Source: Antedon mediterranea
Taxonomy: Eukaryota; Animalia; Echinodermata
Direction of reading: 5' to 3'
Length of the DNA stretch: 64,000 nt
NCBI RefSeq assembly: GCF_964355755.1
Contig: NC_092673.1
Location: 24,177,648 to 24,241,647 of the forward strand
Shown here: positions 1 to 10,737 of the stretch, piece by piece
Numbering within the stretch: the first letter of the stretch is position 1
Layout: each line of letters opens with the position of its first letter
Position numbers and translations under genes: made by a program
The notes under the pieces: model-generated
Databases searched by the model: none
What the model saw: the letters and a program-made list of their open reading frames with translations, nothing else
Told to the model about the DNA's origin: nothing

Positions 1-167
1 TCTGTTTGTCCGTCAGGCTCTAACGTTTTCGACATCCAAACTTTCTCTTTGGTGGTGGTGTGCACATCAACCGAAACGACATCATACTGTAGGCCTACCT
101 CTGGAGTGGGCATCAAAAATACGGGATCTTCAGTTTCCCGAATGTTATTGACTTGTAGACATGTCAT
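1..167 (-). CDS. Possible first coding exon of a minus-strand gene running off the window edge
   Basis: ATG at 167 opens a stop-free frame to position 1 (MTCLQVNNIRETEDPVFLMPTPEVGLQYDVVSVDVHTTTKEKVWMSKTLEPDGQT). The region is locally more GC-rich than its flanks. No domain recognised. Confidence 0.2.
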   Translation of the reverse strand, partial: MTCLQVNNIRETEDPVFLMPTPEVGLQYDVVSVDVHTTTKEKVWMSKTLEPDGQT

Positions 168-1372
168 TCCATGAGCACCACAGTTTCTGACATGTCGTGT
201 TTAGGATAGAAATCCCGGTTCCGTATGATGTGTGTGGATGTCGTATTGAGAATAAATTAATGCAGAACCTCGGCGCCCGTTGGTAGATCTGGTTGATGTG
301 TTGAGGTAAATCACAGTAATTTGGACACTTTTACAGTTTCTTCTTCTAGTCAGATTACATTGGGTATTTAATTAATGTTTAAATCTGATAATATTATTGC
401 AAATTAAAGGTAAACTTCATTCACCTTGAGAATAAAGACATTAGTCTATCTATAAAGTCATTATTTTAAATATCATTGGATGAAAAATATAACCTAAACA
501 ACCATTTGCCATCAGTATGCTCAATATATCAAAGTTATCCTTAATTGTATTCTTTTCATCGTCAAAATTGCTTATGTTTATAACGAGCTATTAACACCTG
601 CTTGTGAGCGATAAGATCGTTATTATATTAATGATGTTGTCATTAAATAATTAATACGGGTTAACTTCATAAAGTCTGTATTTACAGAGAAAAAAGCAAA
701 AATAATAATTGTGATAAACCATATTATTATTCTAAAAACAAAATAAACACTTTCCATCTTTCTGACTTAAACAATAAATTGTCTTCTCCTGACGCATCCG
801 TAACGCAATCAAGGGAGAACCTCCTGATATGTAAATTAGCATTACATACCAACGCACGCCACCACCAATCTTTCTTTCTTTCATTAATTTATTTGGCATC
901 TCAATACATAACATCGATTGATATAATATACATTATAGCGCCATAAAACTTTCGATATGTGACATACCTGTATATTTTAATATGTTTTTAAAAACACAAA
1001 ATAAAAATGAATAATATAATATTGGCGCATTTAAAAAGCAACCTTTAAATTCATAATTTGTTTTTGTTTTGTTTTCAAAGCAAATATTGAACATACTTTA
1101 GCATTAAAATTGTATAAAACTGAATTATGACTTTTTTATTCTACACAAACAGTAAAATGCATGCTGGGATTAGATGTACAACCCCGGTGTAACAGCCAAT
1201 GATCTCTTGCACAATAAAACATCTCCTCCAATATACTGCAGATTGGATGATGTCACTGTATATATAACTGTAGTTAGCTTTTCATCGTATTAGTCCGCCC
1301 ATCAGCTAATCTTAGACAGAGAGACATTTCGTGATGATCTTCTTTTCGTTAAGTGACGTTCTGTTTCCATAG

Positions 1373-1444
1373 GCACAGCAGCTGTGAACATTGTCTAAGC
1401 GACGTAACGAATTTCTACCAGATCTGGCAAACTGGTGAAGTCAG
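1373..1444 (+). other. Candidate 5' UTR exon of the GPCR gene
   Basis: Acceptor ttccatag| at 1372 and donor tcag|gtaata at 1444. A strong acceptor (tcttcgtctttcag|) at 3526 lies 82 nt upstream of the GPCR ATG. Confidence 0.3.
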
Positions 1445-1697
1445 GTAATACTAAAGATATTTCTGTTTATTTTTAATTAATCTTGGTATAATTACTTTTT
1501 CTCACGTTCGTCTTATCTACATATAATAACTAATTTATTTTTAATCAAAATGCTATAACGTAATGTTTAATCAAGGAAAGGTCATATGAGAAATTGCCAT
1601 GGTCTAAAAGCATGTGACCAAATAGATGTGGTTCTATAATCCAATTCTAGGCCTACCTAATTTTTAAAAGCGTTCGATAAAAAAGTATGGGCAGTAC

Positions 1698-1848
1698 TAG
1701 ACTTGCTCCAAGTCTGTAGTTATTTCGAGGCTTTTCGATGTTTTTCTGAAATACAAGCTCAAGTAGTATACGTATGAAACGCCATATGTGCGATAATATT
1801 GATCTTTTTACTAATATTAAGTCAAAACTCCGTCTGGAACCAAGGCCA
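1698..1848. mobile_element. AcademH-like non-autonomous DNA transposon (MITE), copy 1
   Basis: Starts tagacttgcctccaagtctg and ends ...ccgtctggaaccaaggcca. Degenerate 9-bp flanking repeats gggcagtac/ggacaatac. Homologous to 5966-6133 and 49974-50286. Confidence 0.6.
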
Positions 1849-2334
1849 GGACAATACGTGGCTATCTAAAACATATTACAAAGTAGAACGTTGACTCATA
1901 TTTATTCATTTTTATTTATTATTTAACGCTAATAATAGAATCGATAAAATTTAATACGTATATATTCAAATAATAATAGTACAAGAATTTTAAAATGTTA
2001 AAATTAAAATGACAATTATGAAATGCATAAAGAAAGATCGTTAAAATGGTAAGGTATCCGTAAATGTTTACGAGTTAGTAGGGGAAAGGGTTATGTTAAT
2101 ATATTAAGCTTTTCAATTCTCAGTGCTGTATATCGTATACATACGAACTTATTTTGCCAGTATCTTATAATGTTAATTTCCTGGTCAAATTGTTTATCTT
2201 TTTATTGTATGATTTGTATATGGATGTACTATCCGATTAATAGGCACATTCCTATGTATTGTCCTATCCTATCCTATTGTATCACATGTAGTGCCTGTAT
2301 GATGGAAAGGTCAGTTTAAAGTTTGTTTGAATGA

Positions 2335-2451
2335 ATGTGCCCAATATGGTAGTTATATGCCCAAACATGGTAGTGTTATAACATCATCATGTCCATATAT
2401 GGACACATCACATTTTTTTGTCACATACAGTTTGATAGTGTAGACAGAGCT
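2335..2451. mobile_element. PIF/Harbinger-like MITE family A, partial copy
   Basis: gtgcccaatatggtag...catcatcatgtccatatatggacacatcacattttttgtcacatacagtttgatagtgtagacagagct matches the full copies at 9394, 30063 and 56460. Confidence 0.7.
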
Positions 2452-3069
2452 TTGGGTTGGCTTTAGGCCTATGACACGGGTGTCACATTGTGAGGAATCA
2501 AGGAATTTTGGATTAATTTAGACACATACATACATTTGACATTAAATCGATCACCTGTTATAAAATACTGTCTTTATATTAAGCTAGTAATTAAGAAAGA
2601 TCACTTTACACAAGAACATTACACTAACTGATAGATTTAATGACGTGATTTACCTAAATTTAAAAATGCGTACAACGTGCGTAGTACGTTTGAATTAGCA
2701 TGGTTATCGAGTTTCGTAAATGATGAACGGATTGATATATTTCAGGTTTTTGACATTAAATCGAACACTACAGTAGTTAAAAAATACTGTCTTTAAACTA
2801 AGCTAGAAAAATTTTAGAATTAAATGTTCTGACGTTCATAAACAATTTTATTCACAAATACTTGTTGTGATATTTGATAAATCATATAGTGTGAACAAAT
2901 GGTCACATATATATAATAATAATTAATTTTTGGAAAGTCAATATTTTTCCAATTTTTTGACACATTTCTAGTGCTATAACTATGCTTTAGGCATCCACCG
3001 TAAAACGCCTACAGAATAGACAATTTAAAATAAATATCTAATTAACAATTTGTTATTTGTTATCTATAT

Positions 3070-3197
3070 TACTTTGACAAAAAATTATGGTAGTAATAAT
3101 ATGCTTAAATATGGTAGTGATATTATACCATCATGTCCATATATGGGCACATCACATGTTTTTGTCACATCAAGTTTGATAGTGTAGAGACAGAGCT
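3070..3197. mobile_element. PIF/Harbinger-like MITE family A, partial copy
   Basis: Same core, with right end gtttgatagtgtagagacagagct. Confidence 0.7.
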
Positions 3198-3608
3198 TTA
3201 TTATATGACAATTTTTGGTCACAAAAGCGGAAGCTACCCCACTTATTGAATTAATTTTCTGCAACAGAGTGACATTCAGCATCAATCTTTACTCCAGAAA
3301 ATTATTAAAAATGAAAACCTTTCTTGTCCCTTGTGATTGGTCGACTAATTCGTCATGTCCACGTCATTGCGTTGCGTCCGAGTGGGAACAAGCTTTATTT
3401 ACCACTACGGTACAAGTTGCTTGTTTGGCCGCCTTGATAAGGGAGTAGGCCTATGAGACAAAAAACCTTGTAAAGCCTCTTTGATCTTTCAATATGTAAC
3501 GACATTCTGTTATCTTCGTCTTTCAGGTTTCAAATCGGAAACGAGTCATCATCCACATAGTTACTTACTGTCAGCATATTCAACGTATCCCCGACGACAG
3601 CTTGCATC

Positions 3609-4772
3609 ATGAATGAAAGCGTCACCAACGAGAACGCACAAATACACGCCGTCCTAAAATCTATGACGTACACAACTGGAGATGAGCTACTATTGACAGT
3701 TGTTATACCAATATTGTTTATCATCGGTGTAGTTGGAAACGTGTTCGTAATTGTCGTTTTCATACGTTTCAAATCCATGCGAACGGCGCCTTATGTGTAC
3801 CTATTTACACTTGCCGTTGTAGATTTAATGTTCCTGCTGATAGTTGCGCCTGTCCAATGGATCATGTACTTATCAAGTCCTATACGTGAAGACTTTTCAG
3901 GATTGGGTGACGTTACCTGTAAATTCTATCTCGTCATTCAAGATTTTTGTGTACTTTTTTCTACCGTGATTATTGTTTGTGTGACGATTGAACGTTACAT
4001 GGCAATATGTCACCCAATGTCATTAGATAGGTCAAAGGTGTCAAAAAGGTCAAGTATAACATGTATTGTCGCTAGTATTGCAATCCTGATTTATAAAATC
4101 CCGGTATTGAGTTTAGCAACATTAGCCGAGTACCCCGTACTAGCGAACATGGATGAAAACATCACCTCGCAGTACGACGATTTTCCGGACTATGTTCAAG
4201 TGTGTTTATACTGCAATGGATTCAAGTCACCCGCAACGTGTAATAGATTCAACAAATCCTTATATTTCGATTTGATACTTAATGTGATAGTTTTACCGTG
4301 TGTTTCTACACTGTATATCCGTATACTTTATGTACTTTGTAGTCGCGAAAATATTTCGGACACCGGCGGGTCATCCGCACATCTGAAACAAATGAAGGTC
4401 CAAAGTGCGTGTATGATCGTCTTAGTGGTACTCGTATTCATCATTTGTACGATTCCTTTCCGAGTATTTTCATTTTTTTATAACCTATATGCTAACAAAC
4501 ATTCAAGGCCGATTGTTGACGAGGCTACACTAAGTTTGATAATTTATATTAACAGGACTTTGGTATTTCTGAATTCAGCAGTAAACCCGATAATCTATCA
4601 TATTGTTAGTAGTAAGTATAGGAGCGCTTTTAAGAAAGGCTTATTGTTCAAAAGAGCAGGTAGATCGCTGACTAAGTCTAAGATGACAAGAGAAACGACA
4701 CTTTCAAGTAAAGGGCGGCAAACTATTCGAGGCGAAGAACATAACAGACGACTAATGAGTTCTATACATTGA
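3609..4772 (+). CDS. Class A (rhodopsin-like) GPCR, peptide-receptor type (TRH/ghrelin/neuromedin U receptor-like), intronless CDS, 387 aa
   Basis: Seven hydrophobic segments. GN in TM1, LAxxD in TM2 (LAVVD), TM3 Cys plus ERYMAICHP, CTIPF in TM6, NSAVNPIIY in TM7. N-terminal NES glycosylation site and a Ser/Thr-rich basic C-tail. Confidence 0.93.
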   Translation: MNESVTNENAQIHAVLKSMTYTTGDELLLTVVIPILFIIGVVGNVFVIVVFIRFKSMRTAPYVYLFTLAVVDLMFLLIVAPVQWIMYLSSPIREDFSGLGDVTCKFYLVIQDFCVLFSTVIIVCVTIERYMAICHPMSLDRSKVSKRSSITCIVASIAILIYKIPVLSLATLAEYPVLANMDENITSQYDDFPDYVQVCLYCNGFKSPATCNRFNKSLYFDLILNVIVLPCVSTLYIRILYVLCSRENISDTGGSSAHLKQMKVQSACMIVLVVLVFIICTIPFRVFSFFYNLYANKHSRPIVDEATLSLIIYINRTLVFLNSAVNPIIYHIVSSKYRSAFKKGLLFKRAGRSLTKSKMTRETTLSSKGRQTIRGEEHNRRLMSSIH

Positions 4773-5841
4773 TAATTAATTTTAAAAACATGTATATAGT
4801 ACAGTGAAGAATTATAACTGAAATTGTTATTTATTAAAACTATTTGTCCGATAGTAATGAAAGTGTGACATAATTTTATATTTACTGTTTTTGTGAGAGT
4901 GACAATCTTGGTGATAAGACAAGCTTATATTATAACGGTGATAATGGTGTTGACTTTATTTATAAAGGATAACTTTGGCATAGGTTCTAGACCGTATTTC
5001 TAATTAGTTGGCGCACTTGGAGTTTAATACGTATAGTACCTGTGCCCGAAAAGTATATTTCTCGACAAAAGTCGAAACATCGATTTGTGAACTAACATAA
5101 AAAAAACAGACTTGGGGAAAGACTAGTATAACTTATATATATTAGATTCAGCACCTATGGGCCTATACATTAGATATCCGTTTTCCGTGAATGTCTTAAC
5201 TACATGATAGAGCCCCTGTTTTAAGGGGACACCTCGAAAGCAAAAAGTGTCCCTAAAGAGAAAGGAGTACTACTGTAATAATTATATAAAAACTATACCA
5301 TAAAATGTGCATTGTGTCCATATTATTTATACTGTATATAAATTATTCTGACATTGGTGTAATGATAAACAACGTCAACCTTTTTAAATTTTATTTTATT
5401 TTATTTTATTTTATTCAATTTCCAGGTAACATACAAAAATCATAAACAAGGTACGGCATCATTCAACAAAACAGAACAAAAGTACTATCAGCACCTGCGG
5501 GTAACCAAAAGTGGATCAGTTCAAAAGAACTGCACTGTCGAGTGGCTTTCCCAACTAATAGTACGAAAAACGCAATAGACATAAAAACACTCAATTGTTA
5601 CCAGTAATTCGCAATATCCATCAGCACAATTTAATTATGAATAATTCGTTTTAGGCCTAATTAAATATTAAATTATTATTATTGATTTCTGAATTAGCAG
5701 TACGTGAAAATCACTTTAATTATGAATAAAGCTTAGAATAATTGTTGGCCAGCATACATTCATTTAAAAGAACAATGAAGGTTTTTAAGTACATTGACAT
5801 TGACGTCAAAGAATGGTGTGAAAGACACAAGTGACTGGATT

Positions 5842-6205
5842 CAGTGGCGTAATGGCTATGAGCGCTCACTGTAGCTAAACCCAGGGGGCCCGGATCTTAT
5901 GGGGCCCCTGAGCACAGGCATTAAAATATGTCAAAAAAGGCTAAAAACACCCGAGGCCTTCATACTAGACTTGCCCCAAGTCTGTATTGTTTTTTATTTT
6001 TATTTATTTGTTTTTATTTCGACTGCGATTTTTGTCTGAAAATACAAGTAATACACGTATGAAACGTCATATGTGCAAAAATATTTATATTTTTACTAAT
6101 ATTAAGAAAAAACTCCGTCTGGAGCCCAGACTACCTTCATACCAGCGTTGGAGGGCCATTTGGGGTTTCTAAGCCAGGAGCCGCGGCCTCTGCGTTACGC
6201 CACTG
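5842..6205. mobile_element. hAT-like MITE with 8-bp TSD, containing a nested element
   Basis: TIRs cagtggcgtaa / ttacgccactg. Perfect 8-bp direct repeat ACTGGATT at 5834-5841 and 6206-6213. Confidence 0.85.
5966..6133. mobile_element. AcademH-like MITE, copy 2, nested in the hAT-like MITE
   Basis: TAG...CTA termini (tagacttg / cccagacta). Perfect 9-bp TSD CCTTCATAC at 5957-5965 and 6134-6142. Confidence 0.8.
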
Positions 6206-7540
6206 ACTGGATTGTTAATTAGTCTTGTTAATTGTAATACAGTTTGTAATTAAAGCGTACCGTACATAACCGTTTGTTTATATCAGGGGAATATGAAACA
6301 CACTTTCTTGATTTATTGTAATTATTGTTTAAAGTTAATTTTAAATTAATCAGCAAACTCGCTTAATTTTTTAACGACGTAACCTTTAAAATGAAAAATA
6401 ATCAATTAAAATGCTAAACTGTCTTAAATCTAAATTGTACTTAGAATATGCACTGACGATATTGATTGAACTTTTGAGAATGTGTGTTCTTGACAAAATA
6501 AGTAATATATAAAAACGAGTAAGAACACCAGCCCCTACTGATTTATCTTATTTAGTAAATGATATTTAATGGGTTTCCTGTCACGATAATGGTAAATGTC
6601 ACATAAAGACATTTGACGGTTATTTATGTAAATTAATTGAAACTTATTTTATTTCACTTTTGGTTGCTTGCCGTGCAAGACATCATCTGCTGAAACATAA
6701 CATGTACTTTCGTTCAAAGTTTCAAATTATATGTTATTGAAAAAAAAATGTTCCTAATTTGTTATCATTCTATAGGCCTAGATATATTGATATTTTACCG
6801 TATTTTTCTGTAGCTTAGCGTCTATTTTTAGTTAAGATGTTTACATTACAAACAGGATCATTTTGCAAACCAGATGTACCATCGTATTTCTGAATTCAGT
6901 TATTCTGTTAAATATGTTTTGAATAAATGGATCTATTGAGGGCGCTTATTTATCGGATTCATTTGACTTAATTTGCATAATATGCACATCCAGGTGTCAG
7001 ACCACTGCATTTCAGCTTTTGCTACCGTTGCAGCGGGTTTGTCGTTTCTGGACTGTAAGCTCACTTGTAATGGATATGTTGCTTGTCGGTGATGCATATG
7101 GTAAACACATTTTCAAGTTGTCTCCCTGTATAACTCCTCAAAGTAAGTAATTATAATTAATCAATATTGATTAACAGGCTTTTATTTGAAATCCTATCTA
7201 ATGAATTGCATAATACCATACATTATATTTCCGCATGTTGCAAGGTATTATATTATATGATAGCATTTTGTTCAAATATGAGCTTTTCTATTTTAGTATA
7301 AAGTTCACGATATTATTTTTCTTCCATCTGCAATGTAAATTTTTCTGAACAAAACTCAAATTGATTACCCGATTCTCAGTGCTGTATCTCCAAAACACTA
7401 CAACATGTGCGCAGTATCTTAGGAATATTTGGTAATACAGCACGATATATGTGTATCACATGTTGCCTGTTTGTAAAGTTCGGATAAGGGTTAGGCGTTT
7501 GTCCCGTGTACACTCATTATAGTGCAAGTTAAAAAACTTA

Positions 7541-7893
7541 AGGCCCATTTACACTAGGGCGATAACGATCGACGATAAATAAATAAACATACATTTTTCT
7601 TGCATAAAACAAAAGAAATTACAGTTTTCGTTCTAGAACTATAAGATAATACTTTATGCTGTATTTGATAAAAAAATATTTTTTTAATCAAATGATGTCT
7701 TGATCAATAAAAACAATAAAATCGTTCTTACTAATCATGACGTCATTTAATTGGACGTGTGGAAATATTATTTTCATCAAAAGCAGCTTAGATGATAATC
7801 CTGTAGTTTTAGGAGGAAATCTGTTTAAAATTCTTTTGTTTTAGGACGAAAAATGCATATTTATCTTGTTATCGTCGATCGTTATCGCCCTTG
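7541..7893. mobile_element. Foldback-type MITE family B (Harbinger-like), copy 1
   Basis: gggcgataacgatcgacgataa near 7556 is the reverse complement of ttatcgtcgatcgttatcgccc near 7869, and the inverted symmetry continues inward. Preceded by TTA. Second copy at about 14630-14985. Confidence 0.7.
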
Positions 7894-9393
7894 CACTTTT
7901 CGAAAAGTCTGTCTTCGCTCTTCGATTTACAAAATCAATCAACACATAATATAATTCACATAACTTCTTTAATTTAAAACATAATTATACAAATAAGAAT
8001 TCAAGTGTGCTCTAAAATAAAGTTACACGTATGGTTTGTGAATACATAAAACGCTATACAAAAATATATGTATAATATATCCGACCTTCACGTCGAATTC
8101 TAGTACATAATAATGAATACAGTAACATATTACATTAAAAATTAGCACTTACGTAAAAATAATATTAAATAGGCCTAATGTAATACTTATATTTGGAACA
8201 TTTGCAGTATACTTATAATAATTACGTCATTATCTGATAAATGATTTTCAACGTTCGATCACGTATTTAATTGTACTGCTATTGCATTAGGCTAACGTGA
8301 ATTTTTCGTAATTTATGGCGCAATTATGTACGCAGAGCAGCACGCGCTAATTCAATGGAAAAAGTTTAGTTCATTATTTTTGGTATAGGCCTTGGATAAA
8401 TATACTAATTTGGAAAATAAGCGTATCCGTGCTGTGTCATTACGATGTATTATACTTAACTTGAATAGTGGCCTTTCAACATAATTACGTTTTTCAATAA
8501 CATTAGAAGATGTAAATTGATACATTTCATATAGATGTAGGCCTATTGATGTTTATTTTACGCAAATGCCAATGTGATTATAATAGACGCTCTTCGCTGC
8601 TCCTATATCCAAACAACTTACCCGTCAACGGGGGTCATATACTAAATTGAATAATTATACATTTTTTTAAAAAATATACTTGCATTACATCATAATTCTA
8701 TTTTCGTGCCTGCCGAGAAATACTAATTTAAAATTGCATATTATACATTATCAACCTACATACTTAAATAATTACACAAAAAGTAATCAGAATGTGTGAG
8801 ATATTCTAAGAAACGTCTACAAAAGGTATAATTAGACACAGATTTGTAACAACGCTCGTGTACAAAAGACGGGCCTTAATATCAGCTCTTAAACGCACAC
8901 ATTCATTGAATAGGCCTACAGTTAGAACCTTAAAAGGGACACTTTCGGGACTCAAAAGTTCCATTTAATATGTTTGTCTCCTTCTGTAGTTGGCCGTAGT
9001 GTTAACACATATATTTGTCACTCACATTTACACAGAAAGAAAGTAATTTCGATGCAAGTGATCGATAAGTTACTAATAACAAATTACTATTAATAATATT
9101 CAACCACTTACTATTATTGGAAAAGCAAGCTTTCGTTAATAATATTTAACCTTGAGCATACATTGTGAATTTTGTTTAAACTTTAGTCAGAACTTAACTT
9201 GGTAAATGTCTAACTTACTAAATTAAGAATGAAATTCAACAAGCCAAAACCGATTGAAATTGAATTAGGCCTATTAGTAATAGCTGGTTTATTGCTGGTT
9301 GTTATTATAAATAATATTATATTTTTTAAATAATTACCATCGCCAGTAATACCACCGTAATTTTATAAATTCTGAGAACTTTAGATACCTCTA

Positions 9394-9524
9394 AAGCTGT
9401 GTCTACGTACATTATCAAACTAGTTTGACTTTGTGCCCAAATATGGTAATGGTATGACGTCATCGTGTCCATGGGCACATCACATTTTGTTGTTACATAC
9501 AGTTTGATAGTGTAGACAGAGCTT
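9394..9524. mobile_element. PIF/Harbinger-like MITE family A, full copy
   Basis: TIRs agctgtgtctac...atcaaac / gtttgatagtgtagacagagct, with TAA on both sides. Confidence 0.8.
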
Positions 9525-10737
9525 AAGAGGACACGAATGAGGGAAAATATTTCTTAACACTACAGCCAACCTTAATATTATGGAGACTCTTTGGATGCTG
9601 AAGGATTCCACTTAAATGACATTCTAACAAGTGTTGATAATTTAATACAGACGTCATTGTTTTCAATTACATTCTAAATTAATGTATAATGTCTTTTTAT
9701 ATGGACTGCTATTAATAATTGATTACTTTCCAACTTAACAATACACTATTCCTTCTTTAATAACGTATGATTGATTGGGGTAAAACTGTTTTTCGTCAAT
9801 TTATTGGACGCAGATTAAAACATGCAATTGCGTACGCAATTTTTTTTTAATGAAACCTAAAAATGCATCAAGATGGTAAAATTGGCAAAGAATTTATCAT
9901 AATATAAGATTATATGCGGCTTTTTGTATTTTACGTCCATTAATGGAAAATGTATATTGAATTTTAAACGTTTTTACGAACGTCACACGAAAGTATAATC
10001 GTAATGATCGAGTGAATAGAATCTATTAGTGGGAGTCAAGTAACGTGTGGATAATAAATAAATTGTTATCAAATCTAATAATAGGTATAATTACGAAGGA
10101 ATTATTAATTATTAAGTGGAATTGACGTCAGAGACAATTAAAGAATATAATTTATGGGGTGTAATAGTTAATCAAATTTAGGAGGTGAATTTTTAGAAGA
10201 ACACACCGGTGGAAGACAGTAAAATAAGATAGCACATGATAAAAAAAAACACACGCGTGTTTAAACTGATATTTTGATACGCATTGTGTACGCATGCGTC
10301 AACGCTGTGTCTCATTATCAATATTTGAATGAACTGTAAAAAAAATATAATTCATATACGAATATATAAAAGAACATGTATAAAAAAGATGATAAAAAGA
10401 ACGAAATACTGTTACATAAAAATTGAAACGCAAAAAACATAAATTACGAGCATCTTTTCTATTCAAATTTGAAATTAATTCAATCATATGTCTACAGAAA
10501 AAATATTAATATGCCAATATACAAGAATAGAGTGGGCTTACCCTACCCCTGGGATATCACCATTCGTCGGAAGAGAGCAAAGAAGTATGTATTTTTCCAT
10601 CGACCAGGCCTACGAGAAAATATATCCATATGTATTATAGTTTACAGTAAGTTTTGTTCTATCCATTATCTTTTTTCCAACAACAAATTTATATATAAAC
10701 TGGTAACTTCTGTTCAATGGTGTACAACGGTTTACCT

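Noticed and set aside
2531-2810. Imperfect direct repeat of about 60 bp (tttgacattaaatcga...actgtcttta...aagctag) at about 2535 and 2748
   Set aside because: Too short and lacking TG...CA ends, a PBS or coding sequence to be LTRs. Most likely a local duplication.
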